A program made the translations under genes and the position numbers. 64,000 bases of DNA, from NCBI GenBank assembly GCA_951804945.1, contig OX638157.1, positions 51,832,001-51,896,000 on the forward strand, written 5' to 3'. Each line of letters starts with the position of its first letter. Position 1 is the first letter of the stretch. This stretch comes from Podarcis cretensis. Lineage: Eukaryota. Below, one piece after another: positions 1 to 13,036 of this stretch. The notes beneath the pieces were generated by a model, which searched no databases, was not told the origin of the DNA, and worked only from the letters and a program-made list of their open reading frames with translations.

Positions 1-3000
1 TAGTGTTGCATTGAAACACTACACCCAGTGTAGAAAAAGTTTAGAAATACATCTTGCCTTACACTTTTTTACACATCTTGCCCATAATCAGTTATCTATT
101 TGGAGTGTTTTGACCCCCTCTTTAGCCAAAGCAGCTTATGCACACACAATTAAAACAGGGCAAGCTTACCAACTAAAACACAGAACACAAAAGGGGATGG
201 GAAGGTGACCAAAGAGGCTGAGGAGCAGGAGTGTCCAGGGGTGTGGGCCTTGGCAAGGGTCCAGCAATGCTCACCTTCATTTGAATGTGGTATCCTACTC
301 AATCTCTTGGATCTCTACTTGCAAAAGATTGTGATTTACAGTTGCAGCATCAGGAAGATGCCATAAGAAACTACACTCCAGCCACATAACTTTCTTCCCA
401 CAGTGAGTGCATGGGAGAGTAATGTGTGACTGCAACTCTAACCAAGTTGAGTCTCCCCCCCCCCCCCACAAAAGGTAACATCCAAACTGGTAGGGTTAGC
501 CCTTTTTTGTGATGTCTGAGTTCTCTAGGTATTCCTTTTCTCAGATAAGGAATTTCTTGGCAGTCAGTTGAGGTTCCCCCAAAAGACTCACCATAAGTTA
601 GATCCAAAGAGTTGGTGATAAGTTAAAACTCACAATTACTTATTAAATTTTCAGATAAAGCTTTCAAAGACTAGACACTGACACTGTTGTAACTGTTCTG
701 TGGAGTTCTGCTATGAAATACAATACCCTCCCTTGAACTGTGGGACATCCTGAAACCTTAATAGTTGGTTTTTTAAAAATCACTGTAACTTTCATCCACA
801 AACTTTTAGCACTTGGCTGCTCTTGAAAGGATCTGAGCACAATTATAAAGCCTCCGTTATAAATGCAGAGGACTTGGGTATTTTTCTGGCATGCAGAAAT
901 CTCCAGGGTGTCATAATGCCAGAATAGTAACGCTGCCAAGGGTATGATCAACAGAATCGTCCCTTTCAATATATCAGAGGAATGTGCCAGAGGGAATTCA
1001 TCTGAAAAGGCTTCAGGGCTTTGAAATACACTTTTTGCCTCCAGTCTCAAATATTGTGGATTTTTTTCTTTCTTTCCAGGGCACATTTTGAACATTTCAT
1101 TTGAACCTCACAATTCAGGAATGCTGGGGAAAATTTAGGAGGACCCTTTGTGAGACAGTATTTGTACTTAGGATTCTTGATTAGTCATAGGAATAGGGTA
1201 TGAGAGATTTGCATTTTATTGGTAATCCTCAATAAAATCACAACCAACGGGGTTGCTGGATCCTAACTTGAAGGCAACAGTTTTGATTTTACAGCTCCAG
1301 GGCAATGACCATAGGAATAGCATCACTTGATGCTGCTCTGTCTGCTTCATACACCTGCTGTGGGGCAAAACTGGCTTTGTTCGTGACTGCAGGCAAAGGA
1401 AGTGGAGGGCAGGTCATCAGAAGTGGCAGAGAAAACTCACTCTCTGGGTGGTGTCTCTTCGGGTGGAAGGTGGAAACCTTCCCTCCTAGTGCTTTCTTAT
1501 TACACTATTTTACAGTAAGATGGTCATTATGGGATAATTATTTAATAACAAATTGCTATTATTATCCACTTGATTACAAATGCACATTTTTAGTAAGCTG
1601 GCATGGCAAGGTAATATATGTCATTTAGCAGCTCTGATTGATTGTGTCATGTCACATTGTTTTTGTGTTTGTTGACCATACAAGCAAATTAAAAGTGGAA
1701 GGGAGGGAAGAGGCTGTCATGTTGAGATAAACGATTATGCAAATAAGCCTTCACACAAGCCCCCCCCAATCTCTTTGTTTTTATTTATTTATAAGGTCCA
1801 TTTGTATACCACTCCTAATGTAGAAAATCCCAGAGTGGTTCACAAATCAAACTGTCCAATACATTACAAAACCAAAGAAGGAGATGTGAAAAAATCATGT
1901 TCAACTGTGAAACATCAGCAACTTAAGTAATATGATAGACTTTTGCAGTTACACAGAAACAGGCTCATAATTCACCAAACTACGTAGCGGATGGCATTGT
2001 GGGGCAGAAGTGATTAACTAATGTTCCAACAGGTGAATCACTGCTGCTTGCTGGGAAGGGGAAGGGAGATCAAAATGGTACAAACGTAGTAGCTGAGCCA
2101 ATCCAGTGGTCCTGCTGCTACAATGAGTCGCCCTCCCCGCTGCCGTGCTCCCCTCCACTAGCCATAAGCTGCAGTGACTAAATTGCCAAGAGGGCAGATC
2201 AGTGCCTCTACCCCATGCTGCCATCTGGCTACCAACACAAACATATTTAGGCAGATGAAATAACCCAGCAAAAGGGAAGACATCAGTTCATTTGATGAAT
2301 GAATTTCTTCAAGACTACATAGGATCATAATGACTAGGAGGCAGTGGGTGGGCAGACATTTTTTCAAAAAAGAATGAACTTTGACCCTGTCAAAATCAGA
2401 GACCCTGGCCCAGTTTTCACATACAACAGAATCAGGTGGTAAAGCACTGGACTGCACTTCCACTCTAAGGGTGACAGGTGGATGCAAGTTTGATTTGAAT
2501 GCTCTCCCCTCTCCCGAAGGCTTATTCCATGAAGCACAGGTATCATAGATATCATTCAGCATAGACTTTTCCCCATGCTATTTTTATCTGAGCATTGAGC
2601 TTTTTAATGTGCAGCATTGAAACACAGAAATTCTGCATCACATCCAAAGAGTGTTGCCAGATCAGACTAGACTGAGGATGTATTCTGTAGCTCCTACATT
2701 CAGTGTGCATCTAGTTGTTCAATTTTCCCATGTTCTTGCTGTGCTACTACCTTCACATCCTCAGCTCTGCCCAAAATTTGCAAATCTGCTCTTCTTCAGT
2801 GACTGTATTTGTTTTTCTTTCCGTTTTGGTATTCCCTGTTCTACAAGGCTACGATGAACATCAAGTAGATCAGTTTTTTTGTGTTTGTGTGTGAAGCATT
2901 ATCATTTTACTCTGGCAGGTTAACATTCTTTCTATTCTTTGCAAAGGTTTTATCACATTGCAGAATGCAATGTCTTGCATGAATCATTCAAGGAAAATTG

Positions 3001-6000
3001 GACTCTTCTTAATTGTGTTTTGGCAGCTGTATTCATAAGAACAAACTTGAAAATCCCACAGTAAAATGATGTTTGGCCTCACTGTCTCTTATGCTGCCAT
3101 TTCTTCCCCTTTATTATTTCCATTGCTATGGTAGCTCTGTTTTCAGGTTAGTTTGGAAGAAGTGAGATATATTCATTATTTCTAAAATAAAAGGATGTGT
3201 GAATATAGTCATTGTGTCTTCTAAAAGCAAAACTGTGTCTCTAAGCTTTCCATACAAGGAAAATGCCAGGGCGAGGAGAGATTTCCTTTGTGATGGACAA
3301 ATTTAGCTTGTAATCAGAGCAACTGGTTTTACCAGGGCTCTCCAATCACAGCGCTTTGAGGGAGGGATGTTGTTGAAATAAGTAGCTTTGCTCTCCCACT
3401 GTTTCTTGCTGTTTTGCCTCTAAGGAGCAGTACCTGGGAATATTTCTGGTGGTGTGTGACATAGAAGCCTGCCTCTTGTTTAACAGAAGAGCTATTTATC
3501 TTCTCACATAAACACATAATAAGCAGGGGCAGAGAGTAAAAAGCATTTGATGTGAAATCAGACATATTTCATAGTTGTCAAATTAAATCTGAGACATATT
3601 TCTCCTGTGGTTTCAGGGTGTTCTGAAAATTATTACAGAACAATGTGAAAGGCAGGAGTATATATTAGAAAAACTAACAAATTGGGTGGGAATGTAATTT
3701 TAAAAGTAAGGAGGATGGACCTCAGAAGAGAGAATTCCAGTAGTTAAGGGAGTAAAAGATCAAATGTTTGAGATGGTGATCCTCATTACCACTGACAGGT
3801 TGCCCTTGTACAAAAGTCTTGTAGTTAGCAATCAGAAATGGTTTTAAGAAGAGCAAGAAATCAATCTGTGAATGGTTGCTTTACTTAAGCTCTCACAGGA
3901 AAAAAACAGAGCTTAAGTAAAGGCATAAAAATGACTACAAGTTTAATAAGGTACAACTGCAATATATTTTAAATCTTGTGTGACACAATTAAAAATTGAA
4001 AGCCTCTTATGAAATGGGATATGTGATTAGTGGCTGTGTAAAGCTTTTAGATCAGCCTTAGATGTGCTGCTTATGGAAATTGTTTGTCATGGGAAAGTTT
4101 TATATTTGAATCACAGTGAAAAAGAACAAGAAATTAAACTGGTCAACAAAACAGAACTGACAGTGGTCAGTACTAGCTTCAGAATGACTTAGTAAGACCT
4201 TGAAAAGTTGGGAGTCGATGCTGTTAACACTGAATCCCTGGAAGTTACAAAGGAATTGTGACATGACACCCTTCCATTGGCTCAAGAAAAATAGAAATTG
4301 TTAGTTTCTACAAGAGCAACTTCATAACAGAGTCTGTTCTGAGATTTCACGTTTTAAATATGAAAGAAGTGGCATCTCTATTTTTCACTCTCTTTGACTT
4401 GTTGAGAAAATCTTACCTAGTTTCTGTGGATTGCTGCTACCCATATTGGGTTCTAAAGAAAAGCCGTCTCATACTCAAAAAGAAATACGAGGATCCTCTC
4501 ATTTGGTTAACTATTTGTTACAAGGCAGGATAATATCTGTAATCTCAAGGGTTGGAAACTGGTGTGAGAGCTGCAGAAAGGAATGCAGTGTGTCTGTGGG
4601 TGTGCAGTGAATGTCCCGATGCTGGCAAGAACCTGAGACTAGTTGTAGAATTTAAGGCTAAACTAGAAATATAGGAAGTGGCCATGAGTAAAAATGGGAA
4701 TGTAAAAGCTGTACTGGGTTTTATGCCGCAAACCCCAATCATCTGCAGGTGAGCTACCAGTCTAACCTTGTAAGTTGAATTTGGAATCGTACAGAAGATG
4801 AGCATAGACCCTGCGAGACTTGCAGGTGAGATGTGCACTTGAATGAGCACACTGAACACTCCAAGTGATGATCACATGATCACTATGGGAGCTTTAAAGT
4901 ACTTTTAAGTGTGTATCTGCTGTAGGTCCTGCAACCAACTGCAAATGTAGGGAAGAAGATGATTAGAGTAAGGGAACATGGTACTTAAGTGTCCATTACC
5001 CTACAGAGAGGGAGAATACAGCCATCTCTCAAGTATGCCCACATTTTTTAAATTCCTTATTTTATTTTTAAATCTAACTACATATATAAGAGCCCAATTA
5101 TTGTGTTAACAATGTGTTGTTAATATTCTGTTTAAGACCAGGGAGTTGATAAAGCTCTGCAAACAGACATTACATAGCTGCTGCTTTCCCAAGAAATTTA
5201 CAATGATTTGAATCACACAACCACTGAAAGTTGCCCACCTTCAGGGCTTTTAAAGGGACAGAAGCCCTGTTCTGTAGTGAATTTGGTCTCCATCATCTAA
5301 GCCAAGGCCAGTTAGAAATATTGTTTGACACTATTATGTATAACTATATATTGAACAGATCTATGCAGTTGCAAACAGAAGAAATGTGTCTGGCACTACA
5401 ACATTGTATCATCTATATTTATACTGATCTCAGGTATTCAAGTGCTTGTAGTTACACTGCCAAAACACACATTCAAGAGTACTCAGGGAAAACCTGAGGT
5501 TTACAAAAATACCAGAAAAATATTTGGGGGCTAGGTGAAGACCCTCTCCCCAAACATCCCAGTGATGGCTAAGTGCCTACAGAATGCTGACTGGCTGTTG
5601 TGAAGGAAGAATAGAATGGAGCATCTTGAAAAGATATAGAAAGTGAACTATTGCATTGTCTGTATATGCTCTTTGGAAGCTTACACAGAGAAGTTTACAT
5701 GCTCTCCAGGAACAGAAGTGAGAGCTGCACCTAGAAACCAATGGAAAAATCCAAAATTTTCTTGTAGATTAGATTGGGCATTCCACCCACCACAGCCCAA
5801 GGAAGACTGAGCTTACTATTTGGATAGGAAAAGCTGACTGCCGCTGGAATCCTGAACAGAAACACTCTACTCCAAAGCATTGTGGCATCCCAGCTTTAGA
5901 ATTCCCTCATCACCGAGATGTGGCTGGTGCCAACTCTTTAAAGTCGTTAATGCTAGCTGAAGAAGGGGTTATTTGTCCAGGCTTTTGGTAGAGTTCAGTG

Positions 6001-6955
6001 CCATTACTGATGGCTATTTTAGCTGGCTGATTGTAATTGTATAATGCACCTGGAAATGTTTTAATTTCACCCTGTTCTGGAAATACATTTGCAATGCAGA
6101 GTAGCTGAGGGATCTTTTAAATAAATAAATATTGTTGCAAGGTAACCACTTGCTCCTTCTATTTCACAAGTACAGGCAGCCAAAATAGTACTGCTCATGT
6201 CCAAGAGGAAGGCATCAGAAAGCTTTGGGAGTTGGTGAAAGTAAAAGAAAAGGGCGTGTGCAAGTGAGGAAGCTAAGAACAGTGAAATAATTACTGAGCA
6301 TGTTCAGTGACCATAGAATGCTGACTGACTATTACAGAGGGTGGGGGGCAAAAAAGGAGGGTTGGAAGGGGAAAATATCAGGGAGAAGGGTAGTTTTCAG
6401 CTTGCTCCATTTTCTGCTCCAAGCATGTCAGGTAGCAGCAGAGAATAATTGTTTCCCAATTCAGCTTATCCTTGTAATACAGAGAATGTGATGCAGTGAA
6501 GAGCATAAGTGGAGGAGGTCTGCTCTCTTCACAGGACGATAAGGCCCGTGCTAAAAAATCTCTAGAGCCCCTGAGATAACATTCGCATAAGAGTGAACTA
6601 AATCTAGCCTGATTATGGGAAGCGAGTTCGGAATGTGAAGCAATTTATCCCCACCAAACATGTTCCCTTTGAAACAGCAAATTAGATGTGCAGCAGGATT
6701 TGGTCACACTTCAAAGAATAATATGCAGAACTGGAGATCCATCTGTTTTCTCTTCCACTGAGGCTCCTGTATGTTAAACAGGCTTTCAGTAACTTCAAAG
6801 CCTGTTTGAAGTCTTCATTGTGCATTACTCAGGCACAAAAACCAAGGATTCCTTAGCAATATTACCATCTGATATGTTCTGTTAGTTTTAATATGTGAAG
6901 AAAAACAATTTGTTCTTGTTTCTTATCATTTCATTTTCTGCTTTTTCTGCTTTAG

Positions 6956-7131
6956 CTACGACAGTGAGGGGCGATTAACCAATGTCACATTTCCAACTGG
7001 AGTGGTCACCAACCTGCATGGGGAGATGGAAAAGGCCATTACAGTCGACATTGAATCTTCTAGCAGAGAGGAAGATGTCAGCATTACTTCAAACCTATCA
7101 TCAATTGATTCTTTCTATACAATGGTACAAG
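6956..7131 (+). CDS. TENM3: Teneurin-3 internal coding exon (YD-repeat region, [15 protein letters not shown]...SFYTMVQ)
   Basis: Polypyrimidine tract plus TAG acceptor ending at 6955; donor G|GTACAG at 7132. 176 nt (1+58 codons+1). The peptide matches vertebrate teneurin-3 and the phase joins the next exon (G+AT = Asp). Confidence 0.96.
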
Positions 7132-7807
7132 GTACAGTAACAGGATTTAACAAAAGCCCCTTTTTCTCAGAGGAAGAAAATGAAACAAAGCCAGTTATGG
7201 TCAGGATATTATAGTTAAGGATTAGCATTGGAGATCTGCAAGGTGAAATATTACATCTCATTCTTAAGCATACAGTTTGAAAGATGGGTTGGCTATATTT
7301 GGGGTGTGTGATTAACCTTTGTTATATAACTGGCCCAAATATTATTATTTGTATCTGAAGCTGACAGCAAATGAAGCATTGAAATTATTCTGTTACCTAT
7401 TTTTATGTTGGGTTGGAAATTGTTTTTAAATGCTGGTTAATTGAAGCTACTGCTCATTAGCTGTTATTGAAACTGAAGTTATGCTATTGAATTATGGTTG
7501 TTTATATAATTTATAAACAAATTATATGAAGCTCCTATGCATGCAGAAATTCCTCTACAGAAGTGAATGAGAGAAACACATGCGGGGCAACACAACTGTG
7601 CTTTTTGCAATATCCATGGTGATGTGAATCAAGCAGATACATCTGTCAAATAGTGAAGTTAAGAGGTTGTATACTAACTGAAGAATTAGAATAAATTTTA
7701 ACAGGGTGGAAAAATCTACAAGAAGCTGTGGTTTGTTCTCCATTATGGCTCCCTTTAAATGAGAAGTCACAGCTCTGGAAGTATGCTATACTTTTGTTCC
7801 ATTTCAG

Positions 7808-8043
7808 ATCAGTTAAGAAATAGCTACCAGATTGGCTATGATGGTTCTCTCAGAATTATCTATGCCAGTGGCCTGGATACACACTACCAGACAGAACCAC
7901 ACGTTTTAGCTGGCACAGCCAATCCAACTGTAGCAAAAAGAAATATGACTCTCCCTGGAGAAAATGGACAGAACTTGGTGGAGTGGAGGTTCCGGAAAGA
8001 ACAAGCCCAAGGCAAAGTCAATGTGTTTGGCCGAAAGCTCAGA
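7808..8043 (+). CDS. TENM3: Teneurin-3 coding exon ([16 protein letters not shown]...VFGRKLR)
   Basis: TTTCAG acceptor, AGA|GTGAGT donor, 236 nt, phase-consistent with both neighbours; teneurin-3 peptide. Confidence 0.97.
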
Positions 8044-8236
8044 GTGAGTAATACCTCTAGTGCATTTTTAATTTAAGATGGTACTGTGGAGGATATGCTA
8101 CAAACTTGCAGTGCTTGAAATGTGCATGCTCTCCTTTGTTTTCAGATAACAGTTCAGATAAAAGGAAAGGGCCATTGGTGGTTATAATTTGGGGACAAAT
8201 TTTTGAGGTGAGAACATTTTGAGGTGGAATACCCTC

Positions 8237-9110
8237 TGTCAGGGACTGGTAGGATGCTGACAAGTGTGTACCCGGGGGGTGGGGCTTGAATCTGACTCAG
8301 GAGAGGGGGGCAGTGGTCTGTGGGGCCAGGAGGCAAAAATCAGAGGGAGGGGAAGCTTCAGAGCTGGAGGAAGATGCTGAAGAGGCAGGCCAGGCAAGTG
8401 AAGGGCCAGGTGCTTCTCTACACTATCTCCCAGAACCAAGAGAGAAGTAAGGCGGGAAGAATAGAAGCAGCTTCTGCACAGGCGTTTTTTCTGGCTATGT
8501 GTGCACAGCCTGTCAGGGGAGTGATCCCCAGTGTTGGGAGATAACACCGAGGCCTTGTGCCTTTCTCCAATGCAGCGTCACCCGGAATTCTTCACTCCAG
8601 TCTCCCGTCACGCTGTTGTGCCCCAAATCCTCCTGGGTCATGAGCACACGACTAGCAGAGTCCAAAATAGAAGTGTTAGCCTTGAGGTGTAACATCTTAT
8701 CCTTATTTATTACAATGAAATCAAACATAACAGTACAAAGTAAACATGGCTCCTCTTTCTCTCTCTTCCTCGGAGAGAAGGCTGAAACAAAACATCACTG
8801 TGGGAGAACGGTGGGAGGAAGGGAGCAAACAGCGTATCTCCCTTCCCGCTTATATAGCTCTAACAATCAGCAGCTGAAATGCATTACATACAGACATGTG
8901 ATCCAACAATCCTATATCTGCAGCATAGGGAGGGGTGAAATCCTAACACCCAGTTGCTGAAACTGCTCCATGAAGGTATGTTTCAGTGCATACCTGGGAA
9001 TACCTGTTTAGATGCTAGATGGGTGTACTTAGGTATCCAGAGCTGTCGAAGCGACTGTGTTTTCTTTGACAGTAAAGAGTTAACTCTCTGCCGTATGCAT
9101 TTCTTTGAGT
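8237..9110 (+). mobile_element. Degenerate LTR-like element interrupted by a younger solo LTR (ends approximate)
   Basis: Begins TGTCAGGGAC, has a purine-rich body, and resumes after the 8949-8953 TSD with an AGTAAA-type signal near 9071. No TSD of its own found. Confidence 0.4.
8532..8948 (-). mobile_element. Solo LTR (417 bp) of an LTR retrotransposon/ERV
   Basis: TG...CA ends with short inverted termini (TGTTGGGA / TCCTAACA) and a perfect 5-bp TSD CCCAG (8527-8531, 8949-8953). On the minus strand a TATA box (CTATATAA, 8850-8857) precedes AATAAA (8706-8711). Confidence 0.85.
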
Positions 9111-9120
9111 GCAGTAAAAA

Positions 9121-9260
9121 CAGGAGTCTTGTGGCATCTTAAAAACTAATGCATTTATTATGGCATAAGCTTTTGTGGACTCAAGTCTAGCATCTGACAT
9201 GAAAGTCAATGAAAGCTTATATCAGAATGCATTTGTTAGTCTTGAAGATGCCACAAGGCC
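9121..9260. mobile_element. Penelope-like element remnant forming an inverted repeat
   Basis: Arms 9128-9173 and 9212-9257 are reverse-complementary (cttgtggcatctt...ataagcttt). The sequence resembles reptile Penelope pseudo-LTR ends (gtggcacctt-agactaac...gaaagcttatg). Confidence 0.65.
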
Positions 9261-10342
9261 TTTTGATTGTTTGTGTTAATATATTTCAAAAACTTGTCCA
9301 TGGGACTTTGTGTCTTCAGTTAGCTTTGCTGATGATTAATCACTATTATACCAAAAACACTATCGTATTCTCTTCTCCACATAGCAATATCTTTAATTGT
9401 TTCAACACTGCTGAATTGCACAGATATTTTACATTTGACTTGGCTTTCTTTAAAAAAATAGTGCTGTGATGCCTAGTTTTAGAAGAAAAGGCTAGAAAGT
9501 AGCCTATAGCACTTAAATTCTGAAGCAGTGTTGCATGTAGTACTGCTTCATCAAGTACAACCATCATATATGACTACAGAAACATACATTTCTAGGCTAC
9601 CCAAGAATTATGAAAATGTGTAAAACCCTTTTTTTAAGGAAGCAGGATGGTTTTAAAAACAACAGACCACTGCTCTAAACAAGACTAATTGCAGGACTCT
9701 GTTTCATTATTCTCTGCTCTTCTTTCAAGTACTTTAACCAAAGGATTATGGAAGAGAAGGGCCAGTAAGGAGAGTTAAGCATAGGATTGAAATTACCTGT
9801 TGGCACTCAACGACCAAGAGGATGGAAACCTACCATCCTTGTCAAAAGTGTCTTCCCTGTTTTAAAGCACCTTGAATAGCTGGAAAACTTTGAGCCCTTT
9901 GATAGTTTTCTGTTGCTCAATATAACCAATTCAGAAATGGGATAATACTTTATTTATGGATTATTTCTGCCAAAGGCTTCTGGCTATCTAACAATGTAAA
10001 TCTCCTGGCTTAAAGATAGTAAAGTCTTCTGATAAATCCCCAAATTGATGAAACAGAAACATCACTAATCCATTTCTCAAAAGAGAATTTATTCCTGTTT
10101 TCTCAGTGCTCTGTAAAGGGCTTCATTTTCACAGGGGGGTTGTTTTTTGGGGGGAGAGACCCCCAAAGCTCAGACATGAGGTAAAATATCTAAGCAAGGA
10201 TAAAAAAAATAAAAATTATGAAAGAGTAAAACAAAAAGCATGCAAGAGCCATCTTCTACCCTTTCATGAAAGGAAGTTATATGAATGCCTCTTCTCTGCA
10301 TGGTTCCCAATTGACCTTCATATAACTTTCTTTACTGAAACG

Positions 10343-10567
10343 TAAGAGCCTTGCTGGATCAGACCAAAGGGCTTCTCCAGCCCAGCATCTTGACTTCCAC
10401 AGGGCCAACCAGATACCTATGGAAAGCCCATAAGCAGGACATGAGCACAAGAGCCTCTCCTGCTGCTATTCTTCCACAGCGGGCATTCAGAAGTATATGC
10501 CTCCTAAACCTGGCAGTACCATATAGCCATCAGGACTGGTAGCTTCTGACAGATTTCTCCTCCATGA
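10343..10567 (-). mobile_element. CR1 LINE 3' end fragment
   Basis: taagagccttgctggatcagaccaaagg...cccagcatc...ggccaaccagat...gcccataagcaggacatgagc resembles the reverse complement of squamate CR1 3' ends. Confidence 0.7.
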
Positions 10568-10733
10568 CCGTAGGCCTAATTGCCAGTGATGATGATTATG
10601 TGATTAAGAAGGTTTTTTTAAATTAAAAAAAATACTAGGTGTTGTGGGTTAGGGGGTATTGTCAAGATTGCAGTGCATAAGGAGGGGCAGTTTAAGCCTT
10701 CCATTCCCAGCCACAATATTTGTGAAATCCCAT

Positions 10734-10868
10734 GGAGAGGGATGGTACTTCAGTGATTGTGTGCAGAAGGTCCCAGGTAGGGCTGAGAAAGGTGCCAGTC
10801 TGCATAGATAATACTGAGCTAGATGGACCAATTGTCTGATTCAGTATAAGGTAGTTTCTTGTTTTCCT
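10734..10868 (+). mobile_element. tRNA-head squamate SINE (Squam2-like), internally deleted
   Basis: gcagaaggtcccagg...atactgagctagatggaccaa-tgtctga-tcagtataagg tail, shared with three minus-strand copies in this window. Confidence 0.65.
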
Positions 10869-12739
10869 GCTACCATATTATTTTAAGGATTTGCAAAAAC
10901 TGAGACATACTTCGCAAACATGTAGTTAAATCTGTTGCCCTCGGCTGTCTTAGAAGGGAGATTCAGAAATGCTCCATACTGCATTCTGAATGGACCTGCC
11001 CTTGTGGTCTAAAGGTTGAAGACTTTGTACATATTATTACAGATTGTCCCTTTTATAATACGTTGAGTAGACAAAAACTGGGACAAATTTTAGGGAGAGA
11101 TGCAGAGAGGTTTGACCATCCGTCTTTAATTTATCTACCGGGTTGACAACATAAATATACAACCTGCCACCCAGGGCTCCTTTGGGAGGAAGTGTGGATA
11201 TAAATTGAATAAATAATAATAGTAACTGTGAAGACTGCACATTTTGATGCAAATGTGCAGTTCTTGAGAGAGAGTTCTTCAGGGAGATTCAGAAGCTAAA
11301 TTATGTTTTATACTTTTATTTATCTTTTAAATAATTTTGAATAAAGTCATGTCGTGTCATTTTGATGTAACATTTCTTGAAAGAGTGGCAATATTATTTA
11401 AGGGGCATTTGTTATCTGTCAGTGAAATTCAGCATTTAATGTTAATGTTATAGATGGCTTTTTTTGAGTCTGAGTTAATATTTATTGATAGTTGCTTTTA
11501 TAATATTTTGTGATGGTCTGATGACTAGATATACAAATAAATAAATCTGATCTGTTCTAGAATATCTGCTGGCAATTAGCATGAGGGCAGGGAAGATTCC
11601 ATTGACATCAATGGGAGCTTTTTGCCCAGTGCTGATTGTCAGGCAGGGGGAAGTGATATTCATGAAAATTGCAGCTGGAGAACGAGGGCTTCAGCCTCCC
11701 CTCCCCCAGCCCTGTCATCTTACTAACACACACACTTACACTTGGTAGTAACATGTTTAGTTCAGCCCACAACCTAATCCCCTTAGTAGCTATTGCCACA
11801 CCTTGTAGTGGTAGCCTTGTAGCACATTTTTTGTTTATAGTTAAAGCATAAGTTTTCACTGTCATTTCTCTTTAATATGTGGAGCTTTTGAGAGTGGGTC
11901 AGTGGCCCACTAACAGAAGTTCAGTGGATATAATGCTGTCAATTTCTGGGCTCCTTTATCCTAAACATATTATTAAGTAAACATTATTGATATAACAGAA
12001 TTTACTAATCATTAATAAACAGGTTGTATGGGTTTTTTTGATGGAGACTGTTGTTTAAGAATGCCACTAACTAGCCTTGTTCTAATGGCAGGTTCATATA
12101 TGGTTTGAGTCTTTCTGATTGCAAGCAATGCAGTTCCGTCAGCCCACCATAAATAATTCTTTCAGGACTTATATATGGGGGGCAATCGTGTAATATGTAC
12201 AATCCTGTGTACATAAATCATGATTTATGTAATAATTATTAACACTAGAGATGCTTTAATATAAAATAATTTTGGGGCCATGTAAAATAATATTGTGTAG
12301 CCCTAACAATTAGATTGAAATATAATTATAGTTCATCAGTATATGAGTTGGCCTTTGTTTTCTTTTTCTGTGTTAATTCTACACTGATAATTTTGCTGTA
12401 TCTCTCCTAATATCCCTCATAAATCTAACTATTATAAAGTATATCAATGTATGTATTGTTTATTATATTAACATTTAACTAAATTCCATGGGAATTAACT
12501 GAAAAGGTTTGAATAAATGCCAATACATCTTTATTTAATGAAACCTTTTTAAATGGCAGTTAATCTAATGACTGGTACTTATACCAAGAAGTTTCTAAAT
12601 TAATTTACTGACAAAGGAAATCAGTCATTGCAAAGGGTGTTTAAATAATGATGTTCAAATAGCTGTTGCTATGAGGAAGTAAAACAGCCTGTGGTGAAAC
12701 AACATGATTTATTTTGTCATCTTGTTTGTTTCATAAAAG

Positions 12740-13036
12740 GTTAATGGTAGGAACCTCCTTTCTGTTGACTTTGATCGGACCTCAAAGACAGAGAAGATCT
12801 ACGATGACCATCGTAAATTTCTGTTGAGGATTGCCTATGACACATCAGGACACCCAACTCTCTGGCTCCCAAGCAGCAAGCTTATGGCTGTCAATGTTAC
12901 CTATTCATCAACAGGTCAAATTGGCAGTATTCAGCGAGGAACTACTAGTGAAAAAGTAGATTATGATGGACAGGGAAGAATTGTATCTAGAGTATTTGCT
13001 GATGGCAAAACATGGAGTTACACATATCTTGAAAAG
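12740..13036 (+). CDS. TENM3: Teneurin-3 coding exon ([13 protein letters not shown]...TWSYTYLEK)
   Basis: AAG acceptor ending at 12739, AAG|GTAAAG donor, 297 nt (99 codons, phase 0-0); YD-repeat sequence of teneurin-3. Confidence 0.97.

Noticed and set aside
664-1095. 143-aa minus-strand ORF with a hydrophobic stretch
   Set aside because: Intronic, with no homology recognised and no splice or promoter support; this length is compatible with chance.
1-6955. Additional upstream TENM3 coding exon
   Set aside because: No teneurin-like peptide was seen in any frame; the preceding exon probably lies upstream of the window.
7124-7142. Alternative GT donors 7 nt before and 5 nt after the exon 6956-7131 donor
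   Set aside because: Both would frameshift the next exon; only 7131/7132 preserves the teneurin frame.
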